Assembly (NCBI GenBank): GCA_012960465.1
Contig: DUBF01000153.1
Span: 13,476 to 77,475, forward strand
DNA length: 64,000 nt
DNA from: Rhodospirillales bacterium
GTDB lineage: Bacteria > Pseudomonadota > Alphaproteobacteria > Rhodospirillales > UBA2165
Direction of reading: 5' to 3'
Under the pieces are notes generated by a model. It saw only the letters and a program-made list of their open reading frames with translations. It made no database searches and had not been told where the DNA came from. Below are positions 10,941-19,608 of the stretch, one piece after another (position 1 is the stretch's first letter; each line of letters starts with the position of its first letter). The position numbers were made by a program, and so were the translations under genes.

Positions 10941-11669
10941 ATGGCGCCTCAAGATACCAGCACTGCAGTAGCGCAACCAGGTGATTTAAAGCCTGGACTG
11001 ACCGGCCTCGCCGAAGATTGGTCATCGGATCAGCGAACATTCAAGAATGTGCCGTGGGGCAAGGCTATGATGTGGATATTCCTGCTCAGTGATACCTTTA
11101 TTTTCTCATGTTTTTTGATTTCCTATATGACGGTCCGGATGTCAACAGCTGTTGCATGGCCTCCTGTAAGTGAGGTTTTTTCTCTTTCATTTGGCGGCGA
11201 GCCGATTCCACTCATTCTCATTGCAATCATGACTTTTATTCTAATTACCAGTAGTGGAACCATGGTTTTAGCTGTTAATTATGGGTACCGGAAAGATAGA
11301 AAAAAAACGGCATTGCTATTAATCATCACGGCTCTTTTTGGAGCCAGCTTCGTTGGCATGCAAGCTTTTGAGTGGACCAAACTGATTGTAGAAGAAGGTG
11401 TACGACCATGGGAAAATCCAATGGGGGCCTCTCAATTTGGTTCGGCCTTTTTTATGATTACTGGGTTTCATGGGTTTCATGTTTCAGTTGGGGTCTTATT
11501 TCTTGTTCTAATCGCTCGTAAAGTGTGGCGAGGGGATTATGATATTGAGAAAAAAGGTTTTTTTACCAGCAGAAAAGGTAATTACGAAATTGTCGAAACA
11601 ATGGGACTTTATTGGCACTTTGTCGATCTTGTTTGGGTTTTCATCTTTGCATTCTTTTATTTGTGGTAG
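10941..11669 (+). CDS. coxP: cytochrome c oxidase subunit III
   Basis: 242 aa. Motifs FGASFVGMQAFEW, GFHGFHVSVGVLFL and YWHFVDLVWVFIF are typical of subunit III. Confidence 0.85.
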   Translation: MAPQDTSTAVAQPGDLKPGLTGLAEDWSSDQRTFKNVPWGKAMMWIFLLSDTFIFSCFLISYMTVRMSTAVAWPPVSEVFSLSFGGEPIPLILIAIMTFILITSSGTMVLAVNYGYRKDRKKTALLLIITALFGASFVGMQAFEWTKLIVEEGVRPWENPMGASQFGSAFFMITGFHGFHVSVGVLFLVLIARKVWRGDYDIEKKGFFTSRKGNYEIVETMGLYWHFVDLVWVFIFAFFYLW

Positions 11670-11678
11670 GGAGTCTAC

Positions 11679-12002
11679 ATGGCACACGCAGAAGGTCAGC
11701 AACATCCATTAAGCGTTTATATTAAGGTATGGGTATTACTATTTGTACTTAGCACCTTCTCATATATGGTTGATTACATGCATTTAGAGGGATACCTCAG
11801 GTGGTCCTTGATTCTATTATTTATGTTCTTAAAGGCAGGCTTTATTATAGCGGTCTTTATGCACATAAAATGGGAGAGATGGGCATTGAGCTTTGCCATA
11901 TGTACACCTCCGGTGGTTTTACTTGTTTTTATAGGTATTATGGTCATTGAATCAGATTATACGTTCCTCACCCGTAATTTATTTTTTGGAACGGGCTCTT
12001 AA
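11679..12002 (+). CDS. cytochrome c oxidase subunit IV-like small membrane protein
   Basis: 107 aa with three predicted TM helices. It starts 10 nt after subunit III. Size and position fit the prokaryotic subunit IV family, but the family call is by context and topology only. Confidence 0.6.
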   Translation: MAHAEGQQHPLSVYIKVWVLLFVLSTFSYMVDYMHLEGYLRWSLILLFMFLKAGFIIAVFMHIKWERWALSFAICTPPVVLLVFIGIMVIESDYTFLTRNLFFGTGS

Positions 12003-12024
12003 TCAAAATAGTCCAAGATTACCT

Positions 12025-12411
12025 ATGCGCATTAACTTGTTAATTAGCATATTAATAGTACAAATTTTCTTTCCTTTGTCGAAAGCGTTGGCACACTTTG
12101 GATTGGCTGATGGGGAAGATGTTGGTCATGGTATATTTTGGGCATACGGGATAATTTTCATCACATTAATCGGGTTTATTTTTTACCGACGCTTTGATCG
12201 ACGCCGAGCAACACCCGAACAACAGTCACTGAGACTTCAATTAAAAGAGCTAAACGTAGCATTAAATAATTGTTTTAAACAAATTCAAAATGCTGATGAA
12301 TATCCAAATGAATGTGGTTTATCTATTGAACAACGCCAAAAAAATCTCGATGCAACAAAATTAATTCAAGATCAGATTGACCACACTAAAGAAATGTTAT
12401 CGGCAACTTAG
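12025..12411 (+). CDS. hypothetical membrane protein (signal peptide, one TM helix, cytoplasmic coiled-coil tail)
   Basis: I trimmed the ORF to the ATG at 12025, because the upstream part of the 11947 ORF overlaps the subunit IV gene. The protein begins MRINLLISILIVQIFFPLSKALA, then has a short His-containing loop, a TM helix and a charged tail. Confidence 0.45.
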   Translation: MRINLLISILIVQIFFPLSKALAHFGLADGEDVGHGIFWAYGIIFITLIGFIFYRRFDRRRATPEQQSLRLQLKELNVALNNCFKQIQNADEYPNECGLSIEQRQKNLDATKLIQDQIDHTKEMLSAT

Positions 12412-12632
12412 GTATTTAAACTCATGCGCCCACGTCTTAAAGTTCTAGTTCTTGCTATCCCAACAACTGGCCTTATTATATTTTATGTTCTTTTTTTAAC
12501 CTTTCCACATTGGTTTCCAAGATAATTTTTGTTCAATAATAATGGAAATTATTCGCCGGAACTACGTGCTCGATTTTAAATGGATATCCAGAAATTATTG
12601 TCTCCTTGATCCTGCTACTATACTTATAAAAT

Positions 12633-13289
12633 ATGACTAGTTTTTCAGGAAAAAAATTAACCTGTATTAGAGGTGAGCGCGTTGTGTTCAACGACCTCGA
12701 CTTCTCAATTAATGAGGGTGAAGTTCTATATCTAAAAGGTCCTAACGGCAGCGGAAAATCAACACTCTTACGTCTAATGGCAGGGCTTTTGCGCCCGGTC
12801 AATGGAACCCTGACATGGAATAATAAGAATATATACCAAGATGAAGGGCTTTTCCGAAGTCTCACACATTATGTTGGTCACCAAGATGCCGTCAAAACCG
12901 CACTTACTGTGGAGGAAAATCTACGTTTCTGGGCAGAAATGAATTCCGATATAAAAGAAAAAAGTACTGTCCAGAAAGCCTTGCAAGAGTTCTCCCTTGA
13001 TAGCTTTTCTACATTACCTGCACGGTTCCTATCAGCAGGTCAACGTAAACGGCTAAATCTTGCTCGCCTTTGCACGACTTGGGCACCCCTCTGGCTCTTA
13101 GATGAACCGTCTAATTCTCTAGATTCGGACTCAGTAAACGTACTTACTGCTGCCATTTCTACCCATCAAAAGAAAGGCGGCATAGTTGCGATTGCCACCC
13201 ATGAAAATTTAGATGTGCATAGTAATTCCCTCGATATATCAATGTTTACTAACTTTAAGATAAAATCTAGGGATTATGATGGCTGGTAA
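12633..13289 (+). CDS. ccmA: heme exporter ATP-binding protein CcmA
   Basis: Walker A GPNGSGKST, signature LSAGQRKRLNLARL and Walker B LWLLDEP. It sits upstream of ccmB and overlaps it. Confidence 0.9.
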   Translation: MTSFSGKKLTCIRGERVVFNDLDFSINEGEVLYLKGPNGSGKSTLLRLMAGLLRPVNGTLTWNNKNIYQDEGLFRSLTHYVGHQDAVKTALTVEENLRFWAEMNSDIKEKSTVQKALQEFSLDSFSTLPARFLSAGQRKRLNLARLCTTWAPLWLLDEPSNSLDSDSVNVLTAAISTHQKKGGIVAIATHENLDVHSNSLDISMFTNFKIKSRDYDGW

Positions 13290-13959
13290 ATCAATCCAAG
13301 TATTTTTCAAACTCATCCAAAGGGAAATCCTTCTCGCTATCCGTCACGGCTCCGATAGCTGCATGATTGTATTATTTTTTGTGATAGTCGTCGTATTATT
13401 TCCCTTGAGCGTGGGTCCAGAACCCGGGATCTTAACCAGGATTAGCGCAGGTATAATATGGGTTTCAGCCTTACTGTCGGTGATGCTATCTATGGACCGT
13501 TTGTTCCAGTCCGATTATGAAGACGGCAATCTCGATCTTTTAATTCTAGCATCTGAACCGTTAGAGCTAATAGTCCTCGCTAAAACTGTTGCTCATTGGC
13601 TGACAACGGGGTTCCCATTGATAATCATCTCACCGGTATTGGCGCTTTTTCTCAATATGGACACCTCGGGCTACAGCACCCTATTAATAGCATTAACTTT
13701 AGGTACTCCAACATTGAGTTTGGTAGGAGCGATTGGTGCCGCGCTTATTTTAGGTGCTCGTCGAAGCGGCGTTTTACTCTCACTATTAGTCCTACCATTA
13801 TTTATCCCAATTCTAATTTTCGGCGTTAGTGCCGTTGATGCTTCACTGACCAATCTTTCAAGCAAACCACAATTACTGATTCTAGGTGGATTATTTCTGG
13901 CTGGGTTGGTCCTTTGTCCATGGGCCAGCGCTGCGGCACTCCGGCAGGCCGCAGAATGA
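13276..13959 (+). CDS. ccmB: heme exporter membrane protein CcmB
   Basis: 227 aa with six TM helices. It overlaps ccmA by 14 nt, and its order within the ccm operon fits. Confidence 0.9.
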   Translation: MMAGKSIQVFFKLIQREILLAIRHGSDSCMIVLFFVIVVVLFPLSVGPEPGILTRISAGIIWVSALLSVMLSMDRLFQSDYEDGNLDLLILASEPLELIVLAKTVAHWLTTGFPLIIISPVLALFLNMDTSGYSTLLIALTLGTPTLSLVGAIGAALILGARRSGVLLSLLVLPLFIPILIFGVSAVDASLTNLSSKPQLLILGGLFLAGLVLCPWASAAALRQAAE

Positions 13960-14072
13960 GGGCCAAAATAACGGAATAATTATGATTAACATCTGAGTTT
14001 TAGTAGTATGCACCTTATGAAAATAGACTATAAACCTCGAATACATTAGAACTAATAAAAAAGTATAGGAAT

Positions 14073-14795
14073 ATGTTTAACTATTTTGCCAACCCAGTTC
14101 GATTTCTTCGTTTAACGTCAAAATTGCAACCAATTACAATGTTTGTTGCGTCAGTTACAATTGGCCTTGGCCTCTATTACGGGCTGGTCAAATCACCGCC
14201 AGATTACCAACAAAGTGAAACCGTGCGAATAATGTATGTACATGTCCCAGCTGCCTGGATGGCAATGTTTTGTTATGTTGCCATCGCATGTTCGAGTGCC
14301 GTGGCATTAATTTGGCGGCATATGCTTGCTAATATTATAGCAAAATCAACGGCTCCAATCGGGGCGTCATTTACTTTTCTTGCTCTTGCAACCGGCTCGC
14401 TTTGGGGAAAGCCGATGTGGGGAACGTGGTGGGTGTGGGATGCCCGGCTCACGTCAGTCTTGATTTTATTTTTCCTCTACCTCGGTTATATGGTGCTGTA
14501 TAATGCCTTTGACGATCAAAGTCGTGGAGCCCGCGCAGCAGCAATCTTGTCGATTGTTGGTGTCATTAATGTCCCGATCATTAAGTTTAGTGTCGACTGG
14601 TGGAACACCCTCCACCAGCCCGCAAGTGTCATAAAAATGGACGGCCCCTCTATTCATCCAAGCATGCTAACACCACTTATTTTAATGGCCGTCGGCTATA
14701 CAGCACTTTATTTTTGGCTGCTATTTGTTCGGACTCGAGCCGAACTCAACGCTAACAAAGTACGTATGATGTCAATTCAACAGGTTGAGACCTAA
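14073..14795 (+). CDS. ccmC: heme exporter/heme lyase subunit CcmC
   Basis: The Trp-rich WWD motif WGKPMWGTWWVWDARLTS is present, with flanking conserved His residues. Confidence 0.95.
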   Translation: MFNYFANPVRFLRLTSKLQPITMFVASVTIGLGLYYGLVKSPPDYQQSETVRIMYVHVPAAWMAMFCYVAIACSSAVALIWRHMLANIIAKSTAPIGASFTFLALATGSLWGKPMWGTWWVWDARLTSVLILFFLYLGYMVLYNAFDDQSRGARAAAILSIVGVINVPIIKFSVDWWNTLHQPASVIKMDGPSIHPSMLTPLILMAVGYTALYFWLLFVRTRAELNANKVRMMSIQQVET

Positions 14796-14798
14796 TAA

Positions 14799-14978
14799 AT
14801 GCTAAATAATTTGATAAATTTTCTCAGTATGGGAGGTTACGGCCATTTCATCTGGGGCGCTTTTGGGTTGTCAGCAATTGTTCTAATTGGTCTAATAATC
14901 CAAATCCTGCAGTTTTTAAAATCCTCAGAAACTCTATTACATTCTATAAAAGAAAAAACGAATGAAACGGAAACATAA
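14799..14978 (+). CDS. ccmD: heme exporter protein CcmD (59 aa, absent from ORF track)
   Basis: I translated this by hand as MLNNLINFLSMGGYGHFIWGAFGLSAIVLIGLIIQILQFLKSSETLLHSIKEKTNETET. It has a single TM helix and a charged tail, sits between ccmC and ccmE, and overlaps ccmE by 17 nt. The start could instead be the second Met at 14829. Confidence 0.75.
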   Translation: MLNNLINFLSMGGYGHFIWGAFGLSAIVLIGLIIQILQFLKSSETLLHSIKEKTNETET

Positions 14979-15408
14979 GCGTCTACTCTTTGTCGCTCTT
15001 GGCATATTAATACTCGCTGCTGCGGCAAGTCTTATACTGTTTGCCTTTAAAGGCAATATTATCTTTTTTCTTAGTCCAACTGAAATTACAGAAAAGTCCA
15101 AAAAAAATGAAATTAGTCCTCAGCAGCGCCTAAGGATCGGCGGATTAGTAGAAAAAGGGAGCTTAACAAAAGGTGTAATTAATCGTTTCAAAGTTACAGA
15201 CCTTAACAAATCTATCATTGTAGAATTTAAGGGCCTTTTGCCAGATTTATTCAGGGAGGGCCAAGGTATTGTTGCAGAAGGCCGGTATAATAATGCAGTG
15301 TTTACCGCAAGCGAAGTCTTGGCTAAACATGACGAAACCTATATGCCGCCAGAAGTCGCGGAAGCTTTAAAAAAATCAGGTAAATGGAAGCCTACGTTGG
15401 AAAAATAA
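14962..15408 (+). CDS. ccmE: cytochrome c-type biogenesis heme chaperone CcmE
   Basis: 148 aa with an N-terminal membrane anchor. The heme-binding His lies in VLAKHDETYMPPEV. Confidence 0.95.
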   Translation: MKRKHKRLLFVALGILILAAAASLILFAFKGNIIFFLSPTEITEKSKKNEISPQQRLRIGGLVEKGSLTKGVINRFKVTDLNKSIIVEFKGLLPDLFREGQGIVAEGRYNNAVFTASEVLAKHDETYMPPEVAEALKKSGKWKPTLEK

Positions 15409-15412
15409 ACTT

Positions 15413-17398
15413 ATGATTGTTGAAATCGGACATTTTTCACTTGTTTTAGCACTGTTCATCGCGGGTCTCCAGGGAACGTTGCCAATTATAGGGGCACACC
15501 GAAACAATCACTCCTTAATGGCCGTAGCGACACCCGCTGCCATAATCCAATTTATTCTTATACTTGGATCTTTTATAGCGCTCACCTATGCCTTCTTGGT
15601 TTCAGATTTTTCTGTCATCAATGTCGCGTCTAATTCTCATACCGAAAAACCGACCCTCTATAAAATAAGCGGTGTTTGGGGCAATCACGAAGGCTCAATG
15701 CTTTTATGGGCATTAATCTTAGCAGGGTATGGTGCTGCTATTGCAGCTTTTGGGGAAAATCTTAGACCTACTTTAAAAGTGCGCATCTTAGGCGTCCAGG
15801 CGTTGATTGGCACAGGTATACTGGCTTTTATTCTCCTTACCTCAAATCCCTTCTTAAGGCTCACGCCAGCACCAGTTAACGGTAATGGTCTAAATCCATT
15901 ATTACAAGATCCTGGGTTAGCGTTCCATCCACCCCTATTGTATTTAGGCTATGTGGGCCTATCTCTTACCTTTTCATTTGCTGTTGCGGCTCTTATAGAA
16001 GGTCGCGTAGATGCCGCCTGGGCCAGATGGGTTCGCCCTTGGACATTAGCAGCTTGGGGGTTTTTGACTGGCGGAATTGTACTCGGCTCCTGGTGGGCAT
16101 ATTATGAGTTAGGTTGGGGTGGCTGGTGGTTTTGGGATCCCGTAGAGAATGCGTCTTTCATGCCATGGTTAGCGGCTACGGCATTACTTCACTCCGCTAT
16201 CGTTTCTGAAAAACGTGATGGCCTCAAAGCATGGACAATTTTTCTAGCTATTATGGCATTTGGATTAAGTCTGCTAGGCACCTTCCTGGTTCGCTCCGGC
16301 GTTATAACCTCCGTACATGCGTTCGCATCGGATCCAACACGTGGTGTTTTTATCTTATTGCTTCTCATTGTTACGATTGGTGGGGCTTTTATCCTATTCG
16401 CTTGGCGTGGACCAACTCTAAAGGGTGCCGGCCTTTTCCAGCCGGTTTCAAGAGAAGGCGGCCTGGTAATAAATAATTTTCTACTAACCGTTGCAGCAGC
16501 CTCAATTTTACTAGGCACACTTTATCCTCTGTTTATTGATGTATTAAAATTAGGCAAAGTATCTGTAGGCGCCCCTTACTTTGAAAGTGTTTTTGTTCCA
16601 ATGATGATCCCAATGATTGCTATTATGGGACTTGCGCCCCTATTAAAATGGAAGCGCGGTGATTTTAAAACAGCAATAGAAAAGTTAAAATTCGCGATCG
16701 CCTTATCCATTATTGGCGGCCTATTCGTCTGGATTTTAATAGATCGCGCTAGCGCTTTTACATCCTTGGGTATGACTATATCCTTATGGCTATTAACAGC
16801 AACGCTTACAGAACTTGCTGGTCGTATAAAATTGTTCCGGGGGCCTTTAAGCGAGAGTATAAATTATTTATTCCGTCAACCTCGAGCAAGCTGGGGTATG
16901 ACTTTGGCACATGCCGGCTTAGCAATTGCCATTGCAGGTATTACGGCATCAAGTTCTTGGAAAGTTGAAAGTATTCAGATTATGAAATTTGGCGATCAGG
17001 TTAATGTCGCCGGCTATAACTATACATTAAAACATGTCAGGGAAATACAAGGTCCAAACTATAAAGCATTACGGGGAACATTCATCGTCAATAAAGGCGA
17101 TGATATCAATTGGGTCCTCGAGCCTGAAAAGAGATTTTATACCGACCCGGTGATGACGACCACAGAAGCGGCCATTCGCCCAACATTCCTCGGGGATCTT
17201 TACGCGGTCGTAGGCGATCGGGACGAAAAAAGTGGCGGCTATATAACACGGATTTACTTTAATCCGCTTGTTCCATGGATGTGGACAGGTGCTATCATTA
17301 TGGTGTTGGGCGCAGGCATCAGCCTTACCGACCGCCGTCATCGCGTAGGTGCGCCTTCGAGTAATAAAATACCAGCTCCAGGAATCCCAGCCGAATGA
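15413..17398 (+). CDS. ccmF: cytochrome c heme lyase subunit CcmF
   Basis: 661 aa and polytopic, with the WWD motif WGGWWFWDPVENASFMPWL. Confidence 0.95.
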   Translation: MIVEIGHFSLVLALFIAGLQGTLPIIGAHRNNHSLMAVATPAAIIQFILILGSFIALTYAFLVSDFSVINVASNSHTEKPTLYKISGVWGNHEGSMLLWALILAGYGAAIAAFGENLRPTLKVRILGVQALIGTGILAFILLTSNPFLRLTPAPVNGNGLNPLLQDPGLAFHPPLLYLGYVGLSLTFSFAVAALIEGRVDAAWARWVRPWTLAAWGFLTGGIVLGSWWAYYELGWGGWWFWDPVENASFMPWLAATALLHSAIVSEKRDGLKAWTIFLAIMAFGLSLLGTFLVRSGVITSVHAFASDPTRGVFILLLLIVTIGGAFILFAWRGPTLKGAGLFQPVSREGGLVINNFLLTVAAASILLGTLYPLFIDVLKLGKVSVGAPYFESVFVPMMIPMIAIMGLAPLLKWKRGDFKTAIEKLKFAIALSIIGGLFVWILIDRASAFTSLGMTISLWLLTATLTELAGRIKLFRGPLSESINYLFRQPRASWGMTLAHAGLAIAIAGITASSSWKVESIQIMKFGDQVNVAGYNYTLKHVREIQGPNYKALRGTFIVNKGDDINWVLEPEKRFYTDPVMTTTEAAIRPTFLGDLYAVVGDRDEKSGGYITRIYFNPLVPWMWTGAIIMVLGAGISLTDRRHRVGAPSSNKIPAPGIPAE

Positions 17399-17934
17399 AC
17401 AGTCGTTGGCCGTATTATACTCCGTTAATAATTTTAGGTATTCTTGCTTTTTATTTTGCCGCCGGTTTAGGTCAGAACCCTGCGAAAGTTAAATCAGTTC
17501 TTATTAATAAAAAGGTACCTGAATTTTTACTCCCTCCAATTGAGGGAAGTCTTAAGGGTTTTTCCAATTCGGATTTAAAAAATCAAGTTGTTTTGGTCAA
17601 TATTTTCGGCTCCTGGTGTGTTTCTTGTCGTATAGAACATCCTTTCTTAATGCAATTAAAAGAAAAAAAATCTATTCCAATATATGGGATAGATTGGCGA
17701 GAACCAGATAGTACAGCGGGACCCAAATGGCTCGAAAAATTTGGAAACCCTTATACGCTTATTGGCGATGATCCTAATAGCCTTGGTGCAATCGCATTTG
17801 GAGTGACGGGGGCGCCAGAAACTTTTATCGTTGATAAAAACGGTATAATACGTTTCAAACATCTAGGACCTATTACAAAAGATAATTGGGATGAAACTTT
17901 TAAGCCAATTCTCGAAGACTTAAGAAAAAAATGA
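17395..17934 (+). CDS. ccmG: thiol:disulfide oxidoreductase CcmG/DsbE
   Basis: Membrane anchor plus a thioredoxin fold with WCVSC. It overlaps ccmF by 4 nt. Confidence 0.9.
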   Translation: MNSRWPYYTPLIILGILAFYFAAGLGQNPAKVKSVLINKKVPEFLLPPIEGSLKGFSNSDLKNQVVLVNIFGSWCVSCRIEHPFLMQLKEKKSIPIYGIDWREPDSTAGPKWLEKFGNPYTLIGDDPNSLGAIAFGVTGAPETFIVDKNGIIRFKHLGPITKDNWDETFKPILEDLRKK

Positions 17935-18365
17935 AGGCCATTTTTACAATAGTAGCTATATTATTTTTTCCATTTGCAGCGCTAGCTGTTGATCCAGGAG
18001 AAATCTTAAAAGACCCAAACCTAGAAAAACGTGCGCGCTCAATCAGCAAGGGGTTACGCTGCGTCGTCTGCCAAAATCAATCCATTGATGACTCTGATGC
18101 ACAATTAGCGCGTGATCTACGCATACTAGTACGCAACAGAATTGTAGCGGGTGATAGCGATACGGCTGTTATTGATTATGTCGTATCTCGCTATGGTGAT
18201 TTTGTTTTACTTAAACCCCCCATAAAAGGAGTGACCCTGGTCCTATGGTTTGGACCTATATTTTTCACTTTAGCAGGACTTATCGGTTTAATTTTATTCT
18301 TCCGGCGTCAAAGAATTGACTCAAAAGCCTTAGTCCAAATGGATAATGAGGAGATTAATAATTGA
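17931..18365 (+). CDS. ccmH: cytochrome c-type biogenesis protein CcmH
   Basis: Signal peptide, LRCVVCQNQSIDDSDA (CXXC) motif and a C-terminal TM helix. Confidence 0.9.
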   Translation: MKAIFTIVAILFFPFAALAVDPGEILKDPNLEKRARSISKGLRCVVCQNQSIDDSDAQLARDLRILVRNRIVAGDSDTAVIDYVVSRYGDFVLLKPPIKGVTLVLWFGPIFFTLAGLIGLILFFRRQRIDSKALVQMDNEEINN

Positions 18366-19501
18366 GTTTTTGGATTGCCAGTGGTTTCGTGTTATTAGCC
18401 ACGCTGATTGCTATTATACTTTCAATTATCCGCGCACGAGCTAATAGCTCAGACGAATACAACGCTACGATTTATCACGATCAACTAAATGAAGTCAAAC
18501 GGGATATAGATCATGGCGTACTCAGCGCTGAAGATGGTGAGGCCCTTAAAACCGAAATAAAAAAGCGATTAGAAAAAAATACAAAGATTGTTTTAGCTAA
18601 CGCCAAAGATCAATCAAAACAAGCTGGAGCCAGATCACCCATAACCGTGGCAATAGCCATAGTGGGTATCATTCCCTTTACGTCTTATGGATTATATTCC
18701 TACTTAGGATCACCTGGAAAACCGGACCTTCCGTTTGCAAACCGGCAATTTAATCCTTCTTTTGATGCAGCTAGTGCCAAAATGGATAGTTTAGTCAAAA
18801 AACTTAGAGAACGTCTAGATCAAAACCCAAACCAATTAAAGGGATGGATTTTGCTTGGACAATCTCTAGTTAATTTGAAACGTTTTAATGCCGCCTCAAA
18901 TGCATTCAAACAGGCTTTAAAGATAGCGCCTAATCGAGCTGAAATTGCTGCCTCAGCAGCTGAAACTAGATTCATGGCCAAGGATGGAAAGTTCGATCAG
19001 GAAGTCCGTGATTATTTCAAAATGGCACAGAGGCTAAATCCCGAGGAACATAAAGCTCTATACTATCTTGGTTTAGATTCATTTATGGCAAAAAAATACG
19101 CCTCAGCTATTCAATATTGGGTGGATTTAATCTCAATTTCACCCGCTGGAGCACCATGGATGGATAATGTTCGTGGACGTTTAATAGACGCGGCTGAAGC
19201 TAGTAACTTGAAGATTTCTAATTTTATCCCACGTCTAAAGTCAGCATCAAAAAGCTCTAAAAAATTACGACAAAGTAGAGAACCCGCACCAACCCAAGAA
19301 GACATCAATAACGCGAATGAAATGTCAAAAAAAGAGCGAGAAAAATTCATCCGCTCGATGGTTGAACGACTTGCCAACAGCCTGAAATCAGCACCAAATG
19401 ACCTTAACGGTTGGCGGAGGTTGGCCCGCTCCTACAGAGTATTAGGGGAACAAAAAAAAGCAGCCGAAGCCGAACAACGTGCAATAGAATTAGAAAAATA
19501 G
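18362..19501 (+). CDS. ccmI: cytochrome c-type biogenesis protein CcmI (TPR)
   Basis: TTG start overlapping ccmH by 4 nt. It has two N-terminal TM segments and TPR-like repeats (GWILLGQSLVNLKRFNAASNAFKQALKIAP), and it is the last gene of the ccm operon. Confidence 0.8.
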   Translation: MSFWIASGFVLLATLIAIILSIIRARANSSDEYNATIYHDQLNEVKRDIDHGVLSAEDGEALKTEIKKRLEKNTKIVLANAKDQSKQAGARSPITVAIAIVGIIPFTSYGLYSYLGSPGKPDLPFANRQFNPSFDAASAKMDSLVKKLRERLDQNPNQLKGWILLGQSLVNLKRFNAASNAFKQALKIAPNRAEIAASAAETRFMAKDGKFDQEVRDYFKMAQRLNPEEHKALYYLGLDSFMAKKYASAIQYWVDLISISPAGAPWMDNVRGRLIDAAEASNLKISNFIPRLKSASKSSKKLRQSREPAPTQEDINNANEMSKKEREKFIRSMVERLANSLKSAPNDLNGWRRLARSYRVLGEQKKAAEAEQRAIELEK

Positions 19502-19608
19502 GGCTTTGAGCAAAGTTTACTTACCGTGCATTAGTCCTAATCAACAATTTGGATTTCCGTCATCCCAGACATTATTATATAAACCAAGATAAATAGATTT
19601 AATATTAA

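Noticed and set aside
11947-12024. N-terminal 26 codons of the 154-aa ORF, overlapping the subunit IV-like gene
   Set aside because: The extension overlaps the preceding gene's last 56 nt in another frame. The internal ATG at 12025 gives a clean signal peptide, so I trimmed the start.
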